Source: Candidatus Eiseniibacteriota bacterium
Lineage (GTDB): Bacteria; Eisenbacteria; RBG-16-71-46; CAIMUX01
Direction of reading: 5' to 3'
NCBI GenBank assembly: GCA_963833505.1
Contig: CAWHYG010000004.1
Location: forward strand, 223,025-287,024
DNA: 64,000 nt
Below the pieces are notes generated by a model that searched no databases, was not told the origin of the DNA, and was given only the letters and a program-made list of their open reading frames with translations. Of this stretch, positions 37,878 through 45,831 are shown piece by piece; position 1 is the stretch's first letter, and each line of letters starts with the position of its first letter. A program made the position numbers and the translations under genes.

Positions 37878-38458
37878 TACCTGATGATGGTAACAGAATT
37901 GCTCTTCGTCTTTCCAGTCTCATCCGTGACGAGAAGGAAGTAGCGCCCTGAAGCGACGCGGTTGCCGCGGCTGTCGCGGCCGTCCCAGAGGAGGGAGGTG
38001 CCCTTGTTGCTTCCCGGCCAGCCGGTCATGGCCAGTTCGAAGTCCGTGCACGTGCCATAGGCGCGGACGACCGTGCCGGTTCCATCGCTGTAGTCGCCAT
38101 CGTAGCTCACGCCGAACGTGAGCCCCTTCAAACGCGGGCTGCTGCCCGGCGGGAAGGCCGCGTACACCTTCCACACCCGCAGGGTGTCGGGCCCCGCGTC
38201 ATCGATCTCCGCCCGGACGTCGCCGCACGAGTCCGGCGCCGTCCCCTGGCTGCACACGTTCCCGCCAACGTACGTGATCCCGGGAGCGTGGATCACGAGT
38301 ACGCCACCGGCGTTCGGTCCGGCCAAAGCGGCGGACGCCGCAAGCATCAGGGCGAACGGAACAATCAGTGGGTGAGTGCGTGCGTGCGAACGGAACTCAT
38401 TTGCGTCCAAGAACCGCTTGCCGGGCGGGCGGTCCCCGCGCACCTCTCGAGCGTTCAT
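37877..38458 (-). CDS. Small secreted protein. It fuses the N-terminal 'AGPNAGG...VWKVYAAFPPGSSPRLKG' domain shared with the Cys-rich repeat proteins directly to a FlgD-like C-terminal domain.
   Basis: 193 aa. The N-terminal domain aligns with residues 25-100 of the 4638 gene. The C-terminus reads '...GRYFLLVTDETGKTKSNSVTIIR'. Confidence 0.65.
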   Translation of the reverse strand: MNAREVRGDRPPGKRFLDANEFRSHARTHPLIVPFALMLAASAALAGPNAGGVLVIHAPGITYVGGNVCSQGTAPDSCGDVRAEIDDAGPDTLRVWKVYAAFPPGSSPRLKGLTFGVSYDGDYSDGTGTVVRAYGTCTDFELAMTGWPGSNKGTSLLWDGRDSRGNRVASGRYFLLVTDETGKTKSNSVTIIR

Positions 38459-38723
38459 GGCAGACCTCCAATCGTTTCACTGACACTCTCCGCCTTTCGG
38501 GCGGAGCAACTTGCCTACGATTCAGGTCTCGCGGTGGGAACGACCGGGAGACCGCCCTGGCAAGGGCGCATCCCCGCGTCCGTTCCCCCGAATCCGCTCG
38601 AACTTGATGCCGTCCCAAGATGTCCAACGATCGAGCAACCGACAGTGAAGTTACACTGCCGCGGTGGAGTTGTCAAGATGGAATGCGATCCAACACAACG
38701 AAATGGAGTGACCTCTCTTGCGC

Positions 38724-39194
38724 TCACCGCCGTTTCGGGTTCCTCACGTTCAGCCGCACCGCGCGCCATCCGCCCGGATCGAACGTCTCGCGCAGGGAGA
38801 CCGGCCGTTGATCGAGCGAGGTGACCTGCGCATGGTTGGTCACGGTGTCGAAGGCGACTCGGACGTCGGCGGCGCCGTCCCCGTCGAGGTCCACCTCTTC
38901 CTCGATCCGGGCCGGAAGCTTCGCCTCGCCCACCGGTTTCCAATCGATCTGCACAAACCCCGACGGCCGCTGCCGGAACAGCCCGTCGAAGACCGGCCGG
39001 TGGATGATGGTCTGCCAGGTTCCATGATTGACTGAGCGAACCGCCTCGCCTCCGGTGAACCACGGAGAAACCTGGAGGCCGGTAGCGCTCACGAAACCCT
39101 TCGAGAGCGTGTTCATTCCGAAGAATCCGGCCAGGACGACCGGAAGGGCGGCCGCCGCCCAGATGGTTCCGAGAATGCTCTGGAATCGTCTCAT
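38724..39194 (-). CDS. Hypothetical N-terminally anchored exported protein, first gene of a putative three-gene redox operon
   Basis: 156 aa with one N-terminal TM. Same strand as, and tightly spaced with, the polyferredoxin gene. Confidence 0.4.
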   Translation of the reverse strand: MRRFQSILGTIWAAAALPVVLAGFFGMNTLSKGFVSATGLQVSPWFTGGEAVRSVNHGTWQTIIHRPVFDGLFRQRPSGFVQIDWKPVGEAKLPARIEEEVDLDGDGAADVRVAFDTVTNHAQVTSLDQRPVSLRETFDPGGWRAVRLNVRNPKRR

Positions 39195-39234
39195 GCTGTC
39201 GCCACCAAGCGGCTCCTCCGAGTCATGACAGCGC

Positions 39235-40413
39235 TCATGCGATCATCCGCCCGGTGGTGACCAGCAGCACCAGCCGATGGATCGCCGCCTGGATCATCCC
39301 GCCGCTCATCGTGGCCAGAAAGAGAAAGGCCGGATAGATGAACAGAAGCCGCGCCCTCTCCGGCGACGCGCGCAGGTTCGTCCCCCGGATGTGAAAGACG
39401 GCGGCTCCTTCGGGACACGCGTCGACGCAAGCTCCGCACTTGCAGCAGGAGATCCGCGCCGAGCTTCGCTGCACGCTCTCCTCGTCGATCGAGAAGGTGG
39501 GACAGGCCTTCAGGCATCGGCGGCAGTCCGTGCAGGCGGTCCGATCGACCTTCACCTCGAACGGATTGACGTGGTTGGTGAACGACTGGAACGCCCCGAA
39601 AGGACAGAACAGTCCGCACTGCGTCCGCTTCCGGGTCAGGATCGGCAACGCCACGACGAGCGCGCCGAACAAGGAGAAGCAGATCCCCGCCTGGACCACC
39701 GTTCGGGTCGAAGTCACCTGTTCGAACTCCGTGACCGACTTGAAGGGGCAAAGCCACATGCAATAGGTCGGGCTCATCGCCGCTGCGGAAGTCAGCACGA
39801 TCGTGAGGAGAATCGCATAGGGCAGATAGCTCCAGATTCTGGGGATCTTGCGGATCCTCGCCCGGCGCAGCAGCCGGGAGAAGCCGTCCTCGATCCCGCC
39901 GAAGAAACAGCCCCAGGCGCAGAATCCCCGGCCCAGCGCCAGGGAAGCGGCCAGCCAGAGAATGATCATCCCCGCGATGGGGGCGAATCCTCCGAGCAGG
40001 TGCCCGGGGAAGACGATCGTGCGGGTCAGCACCGCCGGGATGATCGTCATCGGGATGACCATGTGGCAGAAGGGAGTCCGGCCTTCGATCATGTCCCCGC
40101 GCGAGACCATCATGCTGCCCCGCGTCTCGACCAGATTCGGAATGAAGGTGAGGACGAAGGCGACGGCCATGGCGATGAAGAGGATCGCCCGGTACCGCTC
40201 GGTGCGTCCGGTCCGGAGCATCTTGTAGAAGAGAACGTTGACCAGGGCGAAGGTGATCAGGAACGGTACAAGCCTGCCGGCCTCATGGGGTGGAGGTCCG
40301 CCGGCCAGCATGAGGAAGGTGAGCAGGAACATGGGGACGGTGAGAAGGATTGCGCGGAGGCGGCTTCGTCGCGGCGTCCGGACCGCGGATGGCGTGCGGA
40401 GCGAGTCCGTCAT
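39235..40413 (-). CDS. NapH/MauN-family 4Fe-4S polyferredoxin membrane protein
   Basis: The 'GRGFCAWGCFFGG' motif plus two C-terminal CxxCxxCxxxCP ferredoxin motifs and multiple TM helices. ATG at 40413. The track ORF start at 41088 is an over-extension. Confidence 0.7.
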   Translation of the reverse strand: MTDSLRTPSAVRTPRRSRLRAILLTVPMFLLTFLMLAGGPPPHEAGRLVPFLITFALVNVLFYKMLRTGRTERYRAILFIAMAVAFVLTFIPNLVETRGSMMVSRGDMIEGRTPFCHMVIPMTIIPAVLTRTIVFPGHLLGGFAPIAGMIILWLAASLALGRGFCAWGCFFGGIEDGFSRLLRRARIRKIPRIWSYLPYAILLTIVLTSAAAMSPTYCMWLCPFKSVTEFEQVTSTRTVVQAGICFSLFGALVVALPILTRKRTQCGLFCPFGAFQSFTNHVNPFEVKVDRTACTDCRRCLKACPTFSIDEESVQRSSARISCCKCGACVDACPEGAAVFHIRGTNLRASPERARLLFIYPAFLFLATMSGGMIQAAIHRLVLLVTTGRMIA

Positions 40414-40496
40414 GAATGCCCTCTGTGTTCTCCCGCTGAATTGGACGTCGTCCGTCCGCTTCCGGCGTTCGGCAGCGATCCGCGGCCATGTTTCGT

Positions 40497-41138
40497 TCAC
40501 ATCAGGGCGGATCTTAGCATGACGAGGCCCAGGACGCAGTAGTAGCCGCCGAGGAGAACCGCGGTCATCCGGCCCACCGTGCGGATCTCCGGCCGCCGGT
40601 GAACGGCTCCGAGGACCGGAAGCGGCAGAAAGAAGATCGTCGTCCCGAGATAGAAACTGAGGAAGAAGATCACGCTTCCCCCGAGGCTTCCGCGGGAGGC
40701 GCCTTCGGTGATGGCCAGCAGAAAGGGCGGACAGAGATTCAACCCGGTGAGGAGTCCGAGGGCCGCCGGCATCAGCGGTGCCCCGCCCGCCGGCAGTCTC
40801 TTCAGAGCTCCCCCTGAGATGCGCGCCGCGCAGAGCGTGGTCGGCTTTCCCAATCCCTGGGCGACCAGGAGCGCGCCCAGGATGACGAACGCGCCGGCCT
40901 CGACCCGATGCCCCCAGGAGGAGCCGGAAGGCCACGAAGCCGAGAGAATCCGCCCGGCGGCCCAGGCCAGCACCGCGAAGGCCAGATACCCCACCAGACG
41001 CCCGGTCAGGAACGACAGGAGCAGGACGAAGCTCTCGCGCATCTTCCTGCCCTCCGAAAGCACGAGGGAGATCAGGACGGGCACGCACGCGGTCAGGCAG
41101 GCGGATCCGTTGGCCAGGCCGAGCAAGAAACCACGCAT
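40497..41138 (-). CDS. Polytopic membrane protein, possibly a CcdA/DsbD-like thiol-disulfide transporter
   Basis: 213 aa with about 6 TM helices and Cys pairs in TM1 ('CLTAC') and TM4 ('LCPP'). The assignment is tentative. Confidence 0.35.
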   Translation of the reverse strand: MRGFLLGLANGSACLTACVPVLISLVLSEGRKMRESFVLLLSFLTGRLVGYLAFAVLAWAAGRILSASWPSGSSWGHRVEAGAFVILGALLVAQGLGKPTTLCAARISGGALKRLPAGGAPLMPAALGLLTGLNLCPPFLLAITEGASRGSLGGSVIFFLSFYLGTTIFFLPLPVLGAVHRRPEIRTVGRMTAVLLGGYYCVLGLVMLRSALM

Positions 41139-41193
41139 CCGTTCTCTCCTCGGCCGCTTCGGCCTCGCGGATCGGGAACCTCGAACCGGCCTT

Positions 41194-43731
41194 CTACGGC
41201 CTGGCGGGATAGATCTCCTGGTCGATCCCCAGCCCCTTGGAGTTCGGCGCCCGGCGCGTCAACCATTCGAGGTTGTTCCCGCGATCGGGACGCGACAGAG
41301 GATGCGCCTTGACGCCGGCGCTGTCGGACTCCTCCCACTGGTACACGTCCTGCCCTTGCGTGTCCATGAAGATGCCAATGGACTCGAGGTCGTCCCGGAA
41401 GGAACGAAACGGCGTGTACCGGGTGGCAGTGCCCATCGGCGGCGTGTCGGTCCAGCCGTTGGGCGGGCCTAGCAGCTCATAGCGCACGTGATAGACGTCG
41501 TTGCCGCGCCGGTCCCAGAAGAGCCCGATGGAGTTGAGGTCCGCCGAGCCGCCGCAGTGGCTCCGCCAGTAGTACTCGTCATTGCCGTCGCCGTCGATCG
41601 AAATGCCGATCGACCCGTCGCGCGCGTGTCCTTGATACTGGTTCACAGCCACGTCGTTGTCGACGTTGTAGCGATCATCCCCGGATAGATCGACCTGGCA
41701 TCCAATGGCGAAGTGGGCTCCCGCGCCCAGGGAGTACTTGCCGTTCCGGTAGGTGTCGTTGCCGCCGAGGTCTTCCAGGATGCCGAGCGACCACCAGTAG
41801 CCCGCTCCGTCGCTCCAGGCCGTGGCGTGATAGGAGTCGTCCCCGGCGCCGTCGACCAGAACGCCGATGCCTCCGGCCAGCGAGTGGCCGTCTCCAAGAT
41901 CGGCGCGGCGTCCCTGGCCGACTCCCTGGGCCATGGACACCGAGAGACCGTTGTACAGAGGATCCGGATTTCCGTCGTCCCGCGCCAGGTAGGAATCATT
42001 CCCTTTCACATCGATCAGGAAGCCGGCGCCCAGCGTGCTGCCTAATCCCTGGGCGTCGTAGCCACAGACGTAGTGGTCATCTCCGGCCTGATCGACCAGC
42101 AGACCGACTCCGACCATGCCCATGCCTTCGCCCTCGTGGGTGTCCAGCGTGTAGGTGTCGTTCCCGCCGAAGTCCATCAGGATCCCGGTCCCGAAACAGC
42201 CCATGCCCAGGCCGGCTTCGGCACAGCGATAGTGATCGTCGCCCGAAAGGTCGAAGATCGCCCCCAAGCCGAAAAGGCCGCAGGAGAGCGAAGCCGGCTC
42301 CGGACCGCCCTCGTAGGTGTCGTTGCCCGCCAGATCCAGAACCAGGCCGATCGGCTGAGTCCGGCCGAGCGGAACGCCGTGCACTCCCCGGTAGAGATCA
42401 TCGCCGCCGAGGTCGAGCGTGAAGAAGGCCCGGTCGTCGATGGTGTCGCGGCCTGTGCCGAAGATGTGGACCGGACCCAGAGGCGTCGTGAAACGGCAGC
42501 CTCGGAAGGCGGGCGGAATGGCATTCGCCGACGAATCGCCCGCTCCGGCGCGCTGGTACTCCCGTAACGCGCGCCGGAAATGCGCCAGGAAGACAACCGA
42601 GCCAAAAGCCATATAGTCGCGATCAAATCGATCCAGCATTTCGAGCGAGGTTCGGGAGAGCGTGGCGGGTTGGTCCAGACGGGCGTCCCGCCAAGGAGCC
42701 ATCGCGAAGTGATAGCGGGCGGTCAGGGCGGCCGTGTCGGCGAATGCCCCTGCGGGAGCTTCGGAAGCCTGATTGCGTGCGCTCGCCTTGGAGTGCTTGC
42801 TCGGCGGCTTGGCCTGACCGCTTGCCGCCGAGGAATTCCCCGCCTCGAAGACCTGCGCGAAAACCGGGTCGTCATAGGCCTTCTCCAGCCAGGGCGCCGC
42901 GTCGTCAGCCCCGAGCACGATTCGGACCACCAATCTCTGGACTCGCAGTGGAAGCTGGGCGAAGGCCGCGCGCTCGGATGCCGCCAGCTCGTATGGATCG
43001 CCATGGACTTCAGTGTGCCGGAGATACGCCTCGAGCGCCTCGAGCGGAGAGGCCTGCTTGGGAACCCATTCGGGGCCCCAGGTCAGGCTGTCGGGCAAGG
43101 GGATGTTCCGGCCCGCCGACACGTCGGTCAGCGCGTAGGCGCGAGTGACCAGCTCCGCCGGATCCTGCGCGTTCTGGATCAGGTCCTCGGACAGTTTGCC
43201 GCTGAATCGCGGAATGGCACGGACGTCGTGAAAGAGATTCCGCACCGTGCGCAGGATGGAGTCGTCGTGCCCGTAATTGGCCATCTCCTCGGTCGTGAAG
43301 CCGATTGGCCGGCCGGTGCGGCCCAGTTTCGCCAGGACCGCGTCCCAGAGGCTGTCCGGGATCGCCAGATCGGCCCGGGCTGGGCCTGGCCAGGACAGCC
43401 GCGGATACCCGGCGGCCGGGGCCGCGGCGTTCGGAGCTGACTTGGCTTTGACTGCCTTGCCCGAGGCCAGCTTGGCCGAGGCCGGCTTGCCCGAGGCCGC
43501 CTTGCCCGAGGCCGGCTTGCCCGGGGCAGCCTTGCTCGAGACCAGCTTGGCAGAGATCGGCTTGTCCGAGGTCGCCTTGTCCGGGGCCGCCGTGCTCGGG
43601 GCCATTGTGGCCAAGGCGTTGCGCCCGTTGCCGGCGCTAGTCGGACTTATCCAAGCAACCACGGGCCGGGAATCGAACAGGGTTGCGATCAGAGCAATCA
43701 GGATCCAGGCGGACCAACGGACACGGTTCAC
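41194..43731 (-). CDS. Large secreted repeat protein with 'DL(S/A)G(N/D)DxY...G.G.G.L.D..G.D.Y' beta-helix-like repeats and an N-terminal (KPASG)n low-complexity linker
   Basis: Probable GTG start at 43731 after an AAGGGGG run, followed by a signal peptide 'VNRVRWSAWILIALIATLF'. Fifteen-bp DNA repeats at about 43440-43590 encode K-P-A-S-G. Confidence 0.6.
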   Translation of the reverse strand: MNRVRWSAWILIALIATLFDSRPVVAWISPTSAGNGRNALATMAPSTAAPDKATSDKPISAKLVSSKAAPGKPASGKAASGKPASAKLASGKAVKAKSAPNAAAPAAGYPRLSWPGPARADLAIPDSLWDAVLAKLGRTGRPIGFTTEEMANYGHDDSILRTVRNLFHDVRAIPRFSGKLSEDLIQNAQDPAELVTRAYALTDVSAGRNIPLPDSLTWGPEWVPKQASPLEALEAYLRHTEVHGDPYELAASERAAFAQLPLRVQRLVVRIVLGADDAAPWLEKAYDDPVFAQVFEAGNSSAASGQAKPPSKHSKASARNQASEAPAGAFADTAALTARYHFAMAPWRDARLDQPATLSRTSLEMLDRFDRDYMAFGSVVFLAHFRRALREYQRAGAGDSSANAIPPAFRGCRFTTPLGPVHIFGTGRDTIDDRAFFTLDLGGDDLYRGVHGVPLGRTQPIGLVLDLAGNDTYEGGPEPASLSCGLFGLGAIFDLSGDDHYRCAEAGLGMGCFGTGILMDFGGNDTYTLDTHEGEGMGMVGVGLLVDQAGDDHYVCGYDAQGLGSTLGAGFLIDVKGNDSYLARDDGNPDPLYNGLSVSMAQGVGQGRRADLGDGHSLAGGIGVLVDGAGDDSYHATAWSDGAGYWWSLGILEDLGGNDTYRNGKYSLGAGAHFAIGCQVDLSGDDRYNVDNDVAVNQYQGHARDGSIGISIDGDGNDEYYWRSHCGGSADLNSIGLFWDRRGNDVYHVRYELLGPPNGWTDTPPMGTATRYTPFRSFRDDLESIGIFMDTQGQDVYQWEESDSAGVKAHPLSRPDRGNNLEWLTRRAPNSKGLGIDQEIYPARP

Positions 43732-43961
43732 GACGGCACCCCCCTTCGGAGCATGGTTCTTTGACACGCCGAGAATAGGACACTCGTCGGCACCCGGAAA
43801 CCGCAAAGCTGCGGGTCGAACAGAGGCCGGATCGTCTTGCGGCCCGTCAGATCCGTTGACCACTGCGCCCCGACGTCTTTAGCCTGGGATGGACACGCCG
43901 CTCCCGGGACCGGGAGTTCGGGAACGTGAAACGATCGAAATCGTGAAACGGAGACAATCCC

Positions 43962-44471
43962 ATGAAGATGACCGAGTGGTTTTCTGCCCAGCTGGAGCGC
44001 GAGGGGCCGAAGACGCGGCGCGCCCTCGAGCGCGTGCCGACCGGACGCGACGACTGGAAGCCGCACGAGAAGTCGATGCCTCTCGGCCAGCTGGCTGTCC
44101 TGGTCGCCACGATGCCGTCGTGGGTACCCATGATCGTCAGCCGCGACGATCTGGAGCTGAACCCGCCGGCGGGTTCGAACCCGCGTCCGCAGGTGAAGTG
44201 TGTGCCGTCCGATCTCATGTCGGCTCTCGACAGCGGGCTGGTCGAAGCACGCAACGTGCTGCAAACCGCCACCGAGGATCACCTGATGAAGCCCTGGCGG
44301 CTGATGGTCTCCGGCCAGGTGGTGAGCGAGGATCCACGGTACGTCGTGCTGCGAGACACGCTGATGCACTGGGCTCATCACCGGGGTCAATTGACCGTCT
44401 ATCTGAGGATGAACGGGGTGCCGATCCCTTCGATCTACGGGCCGACCGCGGATGAGCACTCGTTCGCTTGA
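43962..44471 (+). CDS. DinB/YfiT-like superfamily protein
   Basis: 169 aa with the 'HWAHHRGQL' motif characteristic of the DinB_2 four-helix-bundle family. Confidence 0.7.
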   Translation: MKMTEWFSAQLEREGPKTRRALERVPTGRDDWKPHEKSMPLGQLAVLVATMPSWVPMIVSRDDLELNPPAGSNPRPQVKCVPSDLMSALDSGLVEARNVLQTATEDHLMKPWRLMVSGQVVSEDPRYVVLRDTLMHWAHHRGQLTVYLRMNGVPIPSIYGPTADEHSFA

Positions 44472-44511
44472 TCCCGTCGATCTACGGCCCGCGGATCAGC
44501 CCGAACTGGAC

Positions 44512-44540
44512 TTGACGACGGCTCCAGCGTCGCGTATAAT
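44512..44540 (+). promoter_or_regulatory. Consensus sigma70-type promoter TTGACG-N17-TATAAT, followed by an approximately 150-nt 5' UTR with a palindrome 'ccgcatgatgcgg' just before the RBS
   Basis: -35 at 44512-44517 and -10 at 44535-44540 with an exact 17-bp spacer. It lies upstream of the 44697 gene. Confidence 0.5.
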
Positions 44541-44696
44541 ACGGACGGGTTTACCAAGACGCTTTTCGGGCTCGCACCCTTTGTGAGAGTGTGAGCAAGC
44601 TCGGCTCCTTGTCCACGGCAGTCACGCCGGGCGCATCATTCCTGAGCCTGGCCCCTGGGCCGGGTCCCGCATGATGCGGACCGGGGAGGTGAAAAC

Positions 44697-45470
44697 ATGA
44701 GTCGGCGATTTGCTCTCATCCTGCTGTTGCTTGTCTGGGCGCCATCCGCGTTCGCCGTGCAGACGGCATCGGCGCCCAATGTCATCACTCCGAACCCGGG
44801 CTGGATCCACGGTCCGAGCCGGGCCACCATGGCTCTGCTCGAAACCACGACGACCGCTCTCGGCGGTGTGCTCAGCGCGCTGGGCTATGGCTACGACGAG
44901 TACCAGGGTCCTCCGTTCCCGACGAGCCTGTCCGGCTACACGGATGTGTTCCTTGGGATGGACGGCGGTCTGGTTGAGCCGTCTGACGTTCAGAACCTGG
45001 CCAACTACGCTTCGGCCGGCGGCCGGCTGCACTTCTTCGGCGGCACCTGCTGGCAGGACTACGTCAACGGGATGAACACCTACCTGGTCCAGAACAACAC
45101 CAGCAACTACTGCTGGACCGAGGTCGGCGGATATCCCGACGTCACGGTCGTCGATCCCGAGAACGGTCTGGCTTCGGGACTTCCGGCGACCTATGAGTTC
45201 ACCAACCCGGCGGCGTCGTTCTATCAGTTCCGCGCCACCGACCCCGCCATCGCGGTCGCGTGCGACAACGGGGACGGCTACCACATGCTCTTCTCGAAGC
45301 GGATCGGTTCCGGCGACTTCGATTACTGCATCAACAGCTCTTACATCAGCTACTGGGCCGGCCAGGACCTGGCCTGGATGACCACGGTCGTCTCGAACAT
45401 GCTCGTGTGCTGCGGCCCGGTCCCGGTACAGAGCGTGACCTGGGGGCGAATCAAGGTCACCTATCGGTAG
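44697..45470 (+). CDS. Secreted hypothetical protein that ends in the 'PVQSVTWGRIKVTYR' tail shared with the Cys-rich repeat proteins
   Basis: 257 aa with the signal peptide 'MSRRFALILLLLVWAPSAFA'. The C-terminal 15 aa match the tails of the 85 and 1831 genes. Confidence 0.65.
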   Translation: MSRRFALILLLLVWAPSAFAVQTASAPNVITPNPGWIHGPSRATMALLETTTTALGGVLSALGYGYDEYQGPPFPTSLSGYTDVFLGMDGGLVEPSDVQNLANYASAGGRLHFFGGTCWQDYVNGMNTYLVQNNTSNYCWTEVGGYPDVTVVDPENGLASGLPATYEFTNPAASFYQFRATDPAIAVACDNGDGYHMLFSKRIGSGDFDYCINSSYISYWAGQDLAWMTTVVSNMLVCCGPVPVQSVTWGRIKVTYR

Positions 45471-45831
45471 ACGACTTCAAACCGCCGTCGCTTGACGGCA
45501 GCTCCACGACCTGGCCTGGACGACCACGGCCGTCACCAACATGATGGATCGCGAAGGAATCTCATCTCGCCGGACCTGCCGGACCAGGCTTCGTACCCCT
45601 TGCGGCCATCGTGGCTCGAGGACAGACCAACCGCCGCTCGCCCTCGCAAGGCCCTTGTCCCGCCATGATCTTGCTTCTAGACTAGTTCTCGATTCATCCG
45701 ACAAGGACTCGCCTGGAACGCAGAGTACGGCGGTGGTTCTACCGGGTTGACCAGGGCGGGACCAGCAAGGGAGGCCGATTCTGGCCGAAGCCGCGCGATA
45801 TCGGATCTGTGCGCGTCTTGGCGCCGGGGGC

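Noticed and set aside
39235-41088. 617-aa version of the polyferredoxin ORF
   Set aside because: The first 225 codons are Arg/Gly-rich, lack TM or motif content and overlap the next gene. The functional start is the ATG at 40413.
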